Shown here piece by piece: positions 37,401 to 52,400 of a stretch of 64,000 nt of DNA. Position 1 is the stretch's first letter. The number at the start of each line of letters is the position of its first letter. The DNA lies in NCBI GenBank assembly GCA_964016885.1, contig OZ024743.1, positions 345,092,001 to 345,156,000 of the forward strand. The letters are read 5' to 3'. The notes beneath the pieces were generated by a model. It was not told the DNA's origin, made no database searches, and saw only the letters and a program-made list of their open reading frames with translations. This DNA is from Eledone cirrhosa (lineage: Eukaryota). The position numbers and the translations under genes were made by a program.

Positions 37401-40400
37401 TGTATGAATGTCTGTATGTCTCTATGTGGGTGTTGTATATGTATGTCTATGTATGTATGTCTGTATGTGGGTGTTGTATATGTATGTCTCTGTATGTATG
37501 TCTGTATGTGGGTGTTGTATATGTATGTCTATGTATGTATGTTAGTATGTGGGTGCTGTATATGTATGTCTATGTATGTATGTCAGTATGTGTGTGTTGT
37601 ATATGTATGTCTCTCTATGTATGTCTGTATGTGGGTGTTTTATATGTATGTCTATGTATGTATGTCTGTATGTGGGTGTTGTTTATGTATGTCTATGTAT
37701 ATATGTCTGTATGTGGGTGTTGTATATGTATGTCTATGTATGTATGTCAGTATGTGGGTGTTGTATTTGTATGTCAGTATGTGGGTGTTATATATGTATG
37801 TCTATGTATGTATGTCTGTATGTGGGTGTTGTATATGTATGTCTCTGTATGAATGTCTGTATGTGGGTGTTGTATATGTATGTCTATGTATGTATGTCTG
37901 TATGTGGATGTTGTATATGTATGTCTATGTATGTATGTCTGTATGTGGGTGTTGTATATGTATGTCTATGTATGTATGTCTGTATGTGGGTGTTGTATAT
38001 GAATGTCTATGTATGTATGTCTGTATGTGGGTGTTGTATATGTATGTCTATGTATGTATGTCTGTATGTGGGTGTTGTATATGTATGTCTATGTATGTAT
38101 GTCAGTATGTGGGTGTTGTATATGTATGTCTATGTATGTATGTCTGTATGTGGGTGTTGAATATGTATGTCTCTGTATGTATGTCTGTATGTGGGTGTTG
38201 TATATGTATGTCTATGTATGTATGTCTGTATGTGGGTGTTGTATATGTATGTCTCTGTATGTATGTCAGTATGTGGGTGTTTTATATGTATGTCTATGTA
38301 TGTATGTCTGTATGTGGGTGTTGTATATGTATGTCTCTGTATGTATGTCTGTATGTGGGTGTTGTATATGTATGTCTCTGTATGTATGTCAGTATGTGGG
38401 TGTTGTATATGTATGTCTATGTATGTATGTCTGTATGTGGGTGTTGTATATGTATGTCTATGTATGTATGTCTGTATGTGGGTGTTGTATATGTATGTCA
38501 CTGTATGTATGTATGTATGTGGGTGTTGTATATGTATGTCTATGTATGTATGTCAGTATGTGGATGTTGTATATGTATGTCTCTGTATGTATGTCTGTAT
38601 GTGGGTGTTGTATATGTATGTCTCTCTATGTATGTCAGTATGTGGGTGTTGTATATGTATGTCTCAGTATGTATGTCTGTATGTGGGTGTTGTATATGTA
38701 TGTCTCTGTATATATGTCAGTATGTGGGTGTTGTATATGTATGTCTATGTGGGTGTTGTATATGTATGTCTATGTATGTATGTCTGTATGTGGGTGTTGT
38801 ATATGTATGTCTATGTGGGTGTTGTTTATGTATGTCTCTGTATATATGTCAGTATGTGGGTGTTGTATATGTATGTCTCTGTATATATGACAGTATGTGA
38901 GTGTTGTATATGTATGTCTCTGTATGTATGTCTGTATGTGGGTATTGTATATCATGTCTCTGTATGTATGTCTGTATGTGGGTGTTGTATATGTATGTCT
39001 ATGTGGGTGTTGTATATGTATGTCTATGTATGTATGTCTGTATGTGGGTGTTGTATATGTATGTCTATGTATGTATGTCTGTATGTGGGTGTTGTATATG
39101 TATGTCTACGTATGTATGTCTGTATGTGGGTGTTGTATATGTATGTCTATGTATGTATGTCAGTATGTGGGTGATTTATATGTATGTCTATGTATGTATG
39201 TCTGTATGTGGGTGTTGTATATGTATGTCTATGTATGTATGTCAGTATGTGGGTGTTGTATATGTATGTCTATGTATGTATGTCAGTATGTGGGTGTTGT
39301 ATTTGTATGTCTAAGTATGTATGTCAGTATGTGTGTGTTGTATATGTATGTCTATGTATGTATGTCTGTATGTGGGTGTTGTATATGTATGTCTATGTAT
39401 GTATGTCTGGATGTGGGTGTTGTATATGTATGTCTATGTATGTATGTCTGTATGTGGGTGTTGTATATGTACGTCTATGTATGTATGTCTGTATGTGGGT
39501 GTTGTATATGTATGTCTCTGTATGTATGTCAGTATGTGTATGTATGTCTGTATGTGTTTGTTGTATATATATGTCTCTGTATGTATGTCTGTATGTGGGT
39601 GTTGTATATGTATGTCTATGTATGTATGTCTGTATGTGGGTGTTGTATATGTATGTCTATATATGTATGTCTGTATGTGGGTGTTGTATATGTACGTCTA
39701 TGTATGTATGTCTGTATGTGGGTGTTGTATATGTATGTCTCTGTGTGTATGTCTGTATGTGGGTGTTGTATATGTATTTCTCTGTATGTATGTCAGCATG
39801 TGTGTGTTGTATATGTATGTCTCTGTATGTATGTCTGTATGTCTCTATGTGGGTGTTGTATATGTATGTCTCTGTATGTATGTCATTATGTGTCTGTTGT
39901 ATATGTATGTCTCTGTATGTATGTCAGTATGTGTGTGTTGTATATGTATGTCTCTGTATGTATGTCTGTATGTGGGTGTTGTATATGTATGTCTCTGTAT
40001 GTATGTCAGTATGTGTGTGTTGTATATGTATGTCTCTGTATATATGTCTGTATGTGGGTGTTGTATATGTATGTCTATGTATGTATGTATGTATGTGGGT
40101 GTTGTATATGTATGTCTATGTATGTATGTCAGTATGTGGATGTTGTATATGTATGTCTCTGTATGTATGTCAGTATGTGTGTGTTGTATATGTATGTCTC
40201 TGTATATATGTCTGTATGTGGGTGTTGTATATGTATGTCTATGTATGTATGTATGTATGTGGGTGTTGTATATGTATGTCTATGTATGTATGTCAGTATG
40301 TGGATGTTGTATATGTATGTCTCTGTATGTATGTCTGTATGTGGGTGTTTTATATGTATGTCTATGTATGTATGTCTGCATGTGGGTGTTGTATATGTAT

Positions 40401-43400
40401 GTCTATGTATATATGTCTGTATGTGGGTGTTGTATATTTATGTGTATGTATGTATGTCAGTATGTGGGTGTTGTATATGTATGTCTGTATGTGGGTGTTG
40501 TATATGTATGTCTCTCTATGTATGTCAGTATGTGGGTGTTGTATATGTATGTCTATGTATGTATATCTGTATGTGGGTGTTGTATATGTATGTCTATGTA
40601 TGTATGTCAGTATGTGGGTGTTATATATGTATGTCTATGTATGTATGTCAGTATGTGGGTGTTATATATGTATGTTTATGTATATATGTCAGTATGTGGG
40701 TGTTGTATATGTATGTCTATGTATGTATGTCAGTATGTGGGTGTTGTATATGTATGTCTATGTATGTATGTCAGTATGTGGGTGTTATATATGTATGTCT
40801 ATGTATGTATGTCTGTATGTGGGTGTTGTATATGTATGTCTCTGTATGTATGTCTGTATGTGGGTGTTGTATATGTATGTCTATGTATGTATGTCTGTAT
40901 GTGGGTGTTGTATATGTATGTCTATGTATGTATGTCTGTATGTGGGTGTTGTATATGTATGTCTATGTATGTATGTCTGTATGTGGGTGTTGTATATGTA
41001 TGTCTATGTATGTATGTCAGTATGTGGGTGTTGTATATGTATGTCTATGTATGTATGTCTGTATGTGGGTGTTGAATATGTATGTCTCTGTATTTATGTC
41101 TGTATGTGGGTGTTGTATATGTATGTCTATGTATGTATGTCTGTATGTTGGTGTTGTATATGTATGTCTCTGTATGTATGTCAGTATGTGGGTGTTTTAT
41201 ATGTATGTCTATGTATATATGTCTGTATGTGGGTGTTGTATATGTATGTCTCTGTATGTATGTCAGTATGTGAGTGTTGTATATGTATGTCTCTGTATGT
41301 ATGTCAGTATGTGGGTGTTGTATATCATGTCTCTGTATGTATGTCTGTATGTGGGTGTTGTATATGTATGTCTATGTGGGTGTTGTATATGTATGTCTAT
41401 GTATGTATGTCTGTATGTGGGTGTTGTATATGTATGTCTATGTGGGTGTTGTATATGTATGTCTCTGTATATATGTCAGTATGTGGGTGTTGTATATGTA
41501 TGTCTCTGTATATATGTCAGTATGTGAGTGTTGTATATGTATGTCTCTGTATGTATGTCTGTATGTGGGTGTTGTATATCATGTCTCTGTATGTATGTCT
41601 GTATGTGGGTGTTGTATATGTATGTCTATGTGGGTGTTGTATATGTATGTCTATGTATGTATGTCTGTATGTGGGTGTTGTATATGTATGTCTATGTATG
41701 TATGTCTGTATGTGGGTGTTGTATATGTATGTCTACGTATGTATGTCTGTATGTGGGTGTTGTATATGTATGTCTATGTATGTATGTCAGTATGTGGGTG
41801 TTTTATATGTATGTCTATGTATGTATGTCTGTATGTGGGTGTTGTATATGTATGTCTATGTATGTATGTCTGTATGTGGGTTTTGTATATGTATGTCTAT
41901 GTATGTATGTCTGTATGTGGGTGTTTTATATGTATGTCTATGTATATATGTCTGTATGTGGGTGTTGTATATGTATGTCTATGTATGTATGTCAGTATGT
42001 GGGTGTTGTATATGTATGTCTATGTATGTATGTCAGTATGTGGGTGTTGTATTTGTATGTCTATGTATGTATGTCAGTATGTGTGTGTTGGATATGTATG
42101 TCTATGTATGTATGTCAGTATGTGTGTGTTGTATATGTATGTCTATGTATGTATGTCTGTATGTGGGTGTTGTATATGTATGTCTATGTATGTATGTCAG
42201 TATGTGGGTGTTGTATATGTATGTCTCTGTATGTATATCTGTATGTGGGTGTTGTATATGTATGTCTATGTATGTATGTCAGTATGTGGGTGTTGTATAT
42301 GTATGTCTATGTATGTATGTCAGTATGTGGGTGTTGTATTTGTATGTCTCTCTATGTATATCAGTATGTGGGTGTTGTATATGTATGTCTCTGTATGTAT
42401 ATCTGTATGTGGGTGTTGTATATGTATGTCTATGTATGTATGTCTGTATGTGGGTGTTGTATATGTATGTCTCTGTATATATGTCAGTATGTGAGTGTTG
42501 TATATGTATGTCTCTGTATGTATGTCAGTATGTGGGTGTTGTATATGTATGTCTATGTATGTATGTCTGTATGTGGGTGTTGTATATGTATGTCTATGTA
42601 TGTATGTCTGTATGTGGGTGTTGTATATGTATGTCTATGTATGTATGGCTGTATGTGGGTGTTGTATATGTATGTCTATATATGTATGTCTGTATGTGGG
42701 TGTTGTATATGTACGTCTATGTATGTATGTCTGTATGTGGGTGTTGTATATGTATGTTTCTGTATGTATGTCTGTATGTGGGTGTTGTATATGTATTTCT
42801 CTGTATGTATGTCAGTATGTGTGTGTTGTATATGTATGTCTCTGTATGTATGTCAGTATGTGTATGTATGTCTGTATGTGTTTGTTGTATATATATGTCT
42901 CTGTATGTATGTCTGTATGTGGGTGTTGTATATGTAATTCTCTGTATGTATGTCAGTATGTGGGTGTTGTATATGTATGTCTCTGTATGTATGTCAGTAT
43001 GTGTGTGTTGTATATGTATGTCTCTGTATGTATGTCTGTATGTGGGTGTTGTATATGTATGTCTATGTATGTATGTCAGTATGTGGGTGTTGTATATGTA
43101 TGTCTCTGTATGTATGTCAGTATGTGTGTGTTGTATATGTATGTCTCTGTATGTATGTCTGTATGTCTCTATGTGGGTGTTGTATATGTATGTCTCTGTA
43201 TGTATGTCTGTATGTGGGTGTTGTATATGTATGTCTCTGTATGTATGTCAGTATGTGTGTGTTGTATATGTATGTCTCTGTATGTATGTCTGTATGTGGG
43301 TGTTGTATATGTATGTCTATGTATGTATGTCAGTATGTGGGTGTTGTATATGTATGTCTATGTATGTATGTCAGTATGTGTGTGTTGTATATGTATGTCT

Positions 43401-46400
43401 CTCTATGTATGTCTGTATGTGGGTGTTTTATATGTATGTCTATGTATGTATGTCTGTATGTGGGTGTCGTATATGTATGTCTATGTATGTATGTCTGTAT
43501 GTGGGTGTTTTATATGTATGTCTATGTATATATGTCTGTATGTGGGTGTTGTATATGTATGTCTATGTATATATGTCTGTATGTGGGTGTTGTATATGTA
43601 TGTCTATGTATGTATGTCAGTATGTGGGTGTTGTATATGTATGTCTATGTATGTATGTCAGTATGTGGGTGTTGTATTTGTATGTCTCTGTATGTATATC
43701 TGTATGTGGGTGTAGTATATGTATGTCTATGTATGTATGTCAGTATGTGGGTGTTGTATATGTATGTCTATGTATTTATGTCTGTATGTGAGTGTTGTAT
43801 ATGTATGTCTATGTATGTATGTCTGTATGTGTGTGTTGTATATGTATGTCTCAGTATGTATGTCAGTATGTGCGTATAGTATATGTATGTCTATGTATTT
43901 ATGTCTGTATGTGTGTGTTGTATATGTATGTCTCTGTATGTATGTCAGTATGTGCGTGTTGTATATGTATGTCTATGTATGTATGTCTGTATGTGGGTGT
44001 TGTATATGTATGTCTCTGTATGTATGTCAGTATGTGGGTGTTGTATATGTATGTCTATGAATGTATGTCTGTATGTGTGTGTTGTATATGTATGTCTATG
44101 TATGTATGTCTGTATGTGAGTGTTGTATATGTATGTCTATGTATGTATGTCTGTATGTGTGTGTTGTATATGTATGTCTATGTATGTATGACAGTATGTG
44201 GCTGTAGTATATGTATGTCTATGTATTTATGTCTGTGTGTGTGTTGTATATGTATGTCTCTGTATGTATGTCAGTATGTGGGTGTTGTATATGTATGTCT
44301 CTGTATGTATGTCTGTATGTGTGTGTTGAATATGTATGTCTCTGTATGTATGTCAGTATGTGGGTGTTGTATATGTATGTCTATGTATATATATCAGTAT
44401 GTGGGTGTTGTATATGTATGTCTATGTATGCATGTCTGTATGTGGGTGTTGTATATGTATGTCTATGTATGTATGTCTGTATGTGGGTGTTGTATATGTA
44501 TGTCTATGTATGTATGTCTGTATGTGGGTGTTGTATATGTATGTCTATGTATGTATGTCAGTATGTGGGTGTTGTATATGTATGTCTATGTATGTATGTC
44601 TGTATGTGGGTGTTGTATATGTATGTCTATATATGTATGTCTGTATGTGGGTGTTGTATATGTACGTCTATGTATGTATGTCTGTATGTGGGTGTTGTAT
44701 ATGTATGTCTCTGTATGTATGTCTGTATGTGGGTGTTGTATATGTATTTCTCTGTATGTATGTCAGTATGTGTGTGTTGTATATGTATGTCTATGTATGT
44801 ATGTCAGTATGTGTATGTATGTCTGTATGTGTGTGTTGTATATATATGTCTCTGTATGTATGTCTGTATGTGGGTGATGTATATGTATGTCTATGTATGT
44901 ATGTCTGTATGTGGGTGTTGTATATGTATGTCTATGTATGTATGTCTGTATGTGGGTGTTGTATGTGTATGTCTATGTATGTATGTCTGTATGTGGGTGT
45001 TGTATATGTATGTCTATGTATGTATGTCTGTATGTGGGTGTTGTATATGTATGTCTATGTCTGTATGTGGGTGTTGTATATGTATGTCTGTATGTGGGTG
45101 TTGTATATGTATGTCTCTGTATGTATGTCTGTATGTGGGTGTTGTATATGTATGTCTATGTATGTATGTCTGTATGTGGGTGTTGTATATGTATGTCTAT
45201 GTATGTATGTCTGTATGTGGGTGTTGTATATGTATGTCTATGTATGTATGTCTGTATGTGGGTGTTGTATATGTATGTCTATGTATGTATGTCTGTATGT
45301 GGGTGTTGTATATGTATGTCTATATATGTATGTCTGTATGTGGGTGCTGTATATGTACGTCTATGTATGTATGTCTGTATGTGGGTGTTGTATATGTATG
45401 TCTCTGTATGTATGTCTGTATGTGGGTGTTGTATATGTATTTCTCTGTATGTATGTGGGTGTTGTATATGTATGTCTGTATGTGGGTGTTGTATATATAT
45501 GTCTCTGTATGTATGTCTGTATGTGGGTGTTGTATATGTATGTCTATGTATGTATGTCTGTATGTGGGTGTTGTATATGTATGTCTATGTATGTATGTCT
45601 GTATGTGGGTGTTGTATATGTATGTCTATGTATGTATGTCTGTATGTGGGTGTTGTATATGTATGTCTATGTATGTATGTCTGTATGTGGGTGTTGTATA
45701 TGTATGTCTATGTCTGTATGTGGGTGTTGTATATGTATGTCTGTATGTGGGTGTTGTATATGTATGTCTCTGTATGTATGTCTGTATGTGGGTGTTGTAT
45801 ATGTATGTCTATGTATGTATGTCTGTATGTGGGTGTTGTATATGTATGTCTATGTATGTATGTCTGTATGTGGGTGTTGTATATGTATGTCTATGTATGT
45901 ATGTCTGTATGTGGGTGTTGTATATGTATGTCTATGTATGTATGTCTGTATGTGGGTGTTGTATATGTATGTCTATATATGTATGTCTGTATGTGGGTGT
46001 TGTATATGTACGTCTATGTATGTATGTCTGTATGTGGGTGTTGTATATGTATGTCTCTGTATGTATGTCTGTATGTGGGTGTTGTATATGTATTTCTCTG
46101 TATGTATGTCAGTATGTGTGTGTTGTATATGTATGTCTATGTATGTATGTCAGTATGTGTATGTATGTCTGTATGTGTTTGTTGTATATATATGTCTCTG
46201 TATGTATGTCTGTATGTGGGTGTTGTATATGTATGTCTATGTATGTATGTCTGTATGTGGGTGTTGTATATGTATGTCTATGTATGTATGTCTGTATGTG
46301 GGTGTTGTATATGTATGTCTATGTATGTATGTCTGTATGTGGGTGTTGTATATGTATGTCTATGTATGTATGTCTGTATGTGGGTGTTGTATATGTATGT

Positions 46401-49400
46401 CTATGTCTGTATGTGGGTGTTGTATATGTATGTCTGTATGTGGGTGTTGTATATCTATGTCTCTGTATGTATGTCTGTATGTGGGTGTTGTATATGTATG
46501 TCTATGTATGTATGTCTGTATGTGGGTGTTGTATATGTATGTCTATGTATGTATGTCTGTATGTGGGTGTTGTATATGTATGTCTATGTATGTATGTCTG
46601 TATGTGGGTGTTGTATATGTATGTCTGTATGTGGGTGTTGTATATGTATGTCTATGTATGTATGTCTGTATGTGGGTGTTGTATATGTATGTCTATGTAT
46701 GTATGTCTGTATGTGGGTGTTGTATATGTATGTCTATGTATGTATGTCAGTATGTGGGTGTTTTATATGTATGTCTATGTATGTATGTCAGTATGTGGGT
46801 GTTGTATATGTATGTCTCTGTATGTATGTCAGTATGTGGGTGTTGTATATGTATGTCTCTGTAAGTATGTCTGTATGTGGGTGTTGTATATGTATGTCTA
46901 TGTATGTATGTCAGTATGTGGGTGTTGTATATGTATGTCTCTGTATGTATGTCTGTATGTGGGTGTTGTATATGTATGTCTATGTATGTATGTCAGTATG
47001 TGGGTGTTGTATATGTATGTCTATGTATGTATGTCAGTATGTGGGTGTAGTATATGTATGTCTCTGTATGTATGTCAGTATGTGGGTGTTGTATTTGTAT
47101 GTCAATGTATGTATGTCTGTATGTGGGTGTTGTATATGTATGTCTATGTATGTATGTCTGTATGTGGGTGTTGTATATGTATGTCTCTGTATGTATGACA
47201 GTATGTGGATGTTGTATATGTATGTCTATGTATGTATGTCTGTATGTGTGTGTTGTATATGTATGTCTCTGTATGTATGTCTGTATGTGGGTGTTGTATA
47301 TGTATGTCTATGTATTTATGTCTGTATGTGTGTGTTGTATAAGTATGTCTCTGTATGTATGTCAGTATGTGGGTATTGTTTATGTATGTCTATGTATGTA
47401 TGTCTCTATGTGGGTGTTGTATATGTATGTCTATGTATTTATGTCTGTATGTGGGTGTTGTATATGTATGTCTATGTATTTATGTCTGTATGTGGGTGTT
47501 GTATATGTATGTCTCAGTATGTATGTCTGTATGTGGGTGTAGTATATGTATGTCTATGTATTTATGTCTGTATGTGGGTGTTGTATATGTATGTCTCTGT
47601 ATGTATGTCTGTATGTGGGTGTTGTATTTGTATGTCTCTCTATGTATGTCAGTATGTGGGTGTTGTATATGTATGTCTATGTATGCATGTCAGTATGTGG
47701 GTGTTGTATTTGTATGTCTCTCTATGTATGTCAGTATGTGGGTGTTGTATATGTATGTCTATTTATGCATGTCAGTATGTGGGTGTTGTATTTGTATGTC
47801 TCTCTATGTATGTCAGTATGTGGGTGTTGTATATGTATGTCTCTGTATGTATGTCAGTATGTGGGTGTTGTATAATGTATGTCTATGTATGTATGTCTGT
47901 ATGTGGGTGTTGTATATGTATGTCTATATATGTATGTCTGTATGTGGGTGTTGTATATGTACGTCTATGTATGTATGTCTGTATGTGGGTGTTGTATATG
48001 TATGTCTCTGTATGTATGTCTGTATGTGGGTGTTGTATATGTATTTCTCTGTATGTATGTCAGTATGTGTGTGTTGTATATGTATGTCTATGTATGTATG
48101 TCAGTATGTGTATGTATGTCTGTATGTGTGTGTTGTATATATATGTCTCTGTATGTATGTCTGTATGTGGGTGTTGTATATGTATGTCTATGTATGTATG
48201 TCTGTATGTGGGTGTTGTATATGTATGTCTATGTATGTATGTCTGTATGTGGGTGTTGTATATGTATGTCTATGTATGTATGTCTGTATGTGGGTGTTGT
48301 ATATGTATGTCTATGTCTGTATGCGGGTGTTGTATATGTATGTCTGTATGTGGGTGTTGTATATGTATGTCTCTGTATGTATGTCTGTATGTGGGTGTTG
48401 TATATGTATGTCTATGTATGTATGTCTGTATGTGGGTGTTGTATATGTATGTCTATGTATGTATGTCTGTATGTGGGTGTTGTATATGTATGTCTATGTA
48501 TGTATGTCTGTATGTGGGTGTTGTATATGTATGTCTGTATGTGGGTGTTGTATATGTATGTCTATGTATGTATGTCTGTATGTGGGTGTTGTATATGTAT
48601 GTCTCTGTATGTATGTCTGTATGTGGGTGTTGTATATGTATGTCTATGTATGTATGTCAGTATGTGGGTGTTGTATATGTATGTCTATGTATGTATGTCA
48701 GTATGTGGGTGTAGTATATGTATGTCTCTCTATGTATGTCAGTATGTGGGTGTTGTATTTGTATGTCAATGTATGTATGTCTGTATGTGGGTGTTGTATA
48801 TGTATGTCTCTGTATGTATGTCTCGGTATGTATGTCTGTATGTGGGTGTTGTATTTGTATGTCAATGTATGTATGTCTGTATGTGGGTGTTGTGTATGTA
48901 TGTCTATGTATGTATGTCTGTATGTGGGTGTTGTATATGTATGTCTCTGTATGTATGTCAGTATGTGGGTGTTGTGTATGTACGTCTATGTATGTATGTC
49001 TGTATGTGTGTTTTGTATATGTATGTCTCTGTATGTATGTTTGTATGTGGGTGTTGTATATGTATGTCTTTTTATTTATGTCTGTATGTGTGTGTTGTAT
49101 AAGTATGTCTCTGTATGTATGTCAGCATGTGGGTGTTGTATATGTATGTTTATGTATGTATGTCTGTATGTGGGTGTTGTATATGTATGTCTATGTATGT
49201 ATGTCTGTATGTGGGTGTTGTATATGTATGTCTATGTATGTATGTCTGTATGTGGGTGTTGTATATGTATGTCTATGTATGTATGTATGTATGTGGGTGT
49301 TGTATATGTATGTCTACGTATGTATGTCTGTATGTGGGTGTTTTATATGTATGTCTATGTATGTATGTCTGTATGTGGGTGTTGTATATGTATGTCTATG

Positions 49401-52400
49401 TATGTATGTCTGTATGTGGGTGTTGTATATGTATGTCTTTGTATGTATGTCAGTATGTGGGTGTTGTATATGTATGGCTATGTATGTATGTCAGTATGTG
49501 TGTGTTGTATACGTATGTCTATGTATGTATGTCTGTATGTGGGTGTTGTATATGTATGTCTCTGTATGTATGTCAGTATGTGGGTGTTGTATATGTATGT
49601 CTATGTATATATGTCAGTATGTGGGTGTTGTATATGTATGTCTATGTATGCATGTCTGTATGTGGGTGTTGTATATGTATGTCTATGTATGTATGCCTGT
49701 ATGTGGGTGTTGTATATGTATGTCTATGTATGTATGTCTGTATGTGGGTGTTGTATATGTATGTCTATGTATGTATGTCAGTATGTGGGTGTTGTATATG
49801 TATGTCTATGTATGTATGTCTGTATGTGGGTGTTGTATATGTATGTCTGTATGTGGGTGTTGTATATGTATGTCTATGTATGTATGTCTGTATGTGGGTG
49901 TTGTATATGTATGTCTATGTATGTATGTCTGTATGTGGGTGTTGTATATGTATGTCTATGTATGTATGTCAGTATGTGGGTGTTTTATATGTATGTCTAT
50001 GTATGTATGTCAGTATGTGGGTGTTGTATATGTATGTCTCTGTATGTATGTCAGTATGTGGGTGTTGTATATGTATGTCTCTGTAAGTATGTCTGTATGT
50101 GGGTGTTGTATATGTATGTCTATGTATGTATGTCTGTATGTGGGTGTTGTATATGTATGTCTATGTATGTATGTCTGTATGTGGGTGTTGTATATGTATG
50201 TCTATGTATGTATGTCTGTATGTGGGTGTTGTATATGTATGTCTATGTATGTATGTCTGTATGTGGGTGTTGTATATGTATGTCTATATATGTATGTCTG
50301 TATGTGGGTGCTGTATATGTACGTCTATGTATGTATGTCTGTATGTGGGTGTTGTATATGTATGTCTCTGTATGTATGTCTGTATGTGGGTGTTGTATAT
50401 GTATTTCTCTGTATGTATGTGGGTGTTGTATATGTATGTCTGTATGTGGGTGTTGTATATATATGTCTCTGTATGTATGTCTGTATGTGGGTGTTGTATA
50501 TGTATGTCTATGTATGTATGTCTGTATGTGGGTGTTGTATATGTATGTCTATGTATGTATGTCTGTATGTGGGTGTTGTATATGTATGTCTATGTATGTA
50601 TGTCTGTATGTGGGTGTTGTATATGTATGTCTATGTATGTATGTCTGTATGTGGGTGTTGTATATGTATGTCTATGTCTGTATGTGGGTGTTGTATATGT
50701 ATGTCTGTATGTGGGTGTTGTATATGTATGTCTCTGTATGTATGTCTGTATGTGGGTGTTGTATATGTATGTCTATGTATGTATGTCTGTATGTGGGTGT
50801 TGTATATGTATGTCTATGTATGTATGTCTGTATGTGGGTGTTGTATATGTATGTCTATGTATGTATGTCTGTATGTGGGTGTTGTATATGTATGTCTATG
50901 TATGTATGTCTGTATGTGGGTGTTGTATATGTATGTCTATATATGTATGTCTGTATGTGGGTGTTGTATATGTACGTCTATGTATGTATGTCTGTATGTG
51001 GGTGTTGTATATGTATGTCTCTGTATGTATGTCTGTATGTGGGTGTTGTATATGTATTTCTCTGTATGTATGTCAGTATGTGTGTGTTGTATATGTATGT
51101 CTATGTATGTATGTCAGTATGTGTATGTATGTCTGTATGTGTTTGTTGTATATATATGTCTCTGTATGTATGTCTGTATGTGGGTGTTGTATATGTATGT
51201 CTATGTATGTATGTCTGTATGTGGGTGTTGTATATGTATGTCTATGTATGTATGTCTGTATGTGGGTGTTGTATATGTATGTCTATGTATGTATGTCTGT
51301 ATGTGGGTGTTGTATATGTATGTCTATGTATGTATGTCTGTATGTGGGTGTTGTATATGTATGTCTATGTCTGTATGTGGGTGTTGTATATGTATGTCTG
51401 TATGTGGGTGTTGTATATCTATGTCTCTGTATGTATGTCTGTATGTGGGTGTTGTATATGTATGTCTATGTATGTATGTCTGTATGTGGGTGTTGTATAT
51501 GTATGTCTATGTATGTATGTCTGTATGTGGGTGTTGTATATGTATGTCTATGTATGTATGTCTGTATGTGGGTGTTGTATATGTATGTCTGTATGTGGGT
51601 GTTGTATATGTATGTCTATGTATGTATGTCTGTATGTGGGTGTTGTATATGTATGTCTATGTATGTATGTCTGTATGTGGGTGTTGTATATGTATGTCTA
51701 TGTATGTATGTCAGTATGTGGGTGTTTTATATGTATGTCTATGTATGTATGTCAGTATGTGGGTGTTGTATATGTATGTCTCTGTATGTATGTCAGTATG
51801 TGGGTGTTGTATATGTATGTCTCTGTAAGTATGTCTGTATGTGGGTGTTGTATATGTATGTCTATGTATGTATGTCAGTATGTGGGTGTTGTATATGTAT
51901 GTCTCTGTATGTATGTCTGTATGTGGGTGTTGTATATGTATGTCTATGTATGTATGTCAGTATGTGGGTGTTGTATATGTATGTCTATGTATGTATGTCA
52001 GTATGTGGGTGTAGTATATGTATGTCTCTGTATGTATGTCAGTATGTGGGTGTTGTATTTGTATGTCAATGTATGTATGTCTGTATGTGGGTGTTGTATA
52101 TGTATGTCTATGTATGTATGTCTGTATGTGGGTGTTGTATATGTATGTCTCTGTATGTATGACAGTATGTGGATGTTGTATATGTATGTCTATGTATGTA
52201 TGTCTGTATGTGTGTGTTGTATATGTATGTCTCTGTATGTATGTCTGTATGTGGGTGTTGTATATGTATGTCTATGTATTTATGTCTGTATGTGTGTGTT
52301 GTATAAGTATGTCTCTGTATGTATGTCAGTATGTGGGTATTGTTTATGTATGTCTATGTATGTATGTCTCTATGTGGGTGTTGTATATGTATGTCTATGT

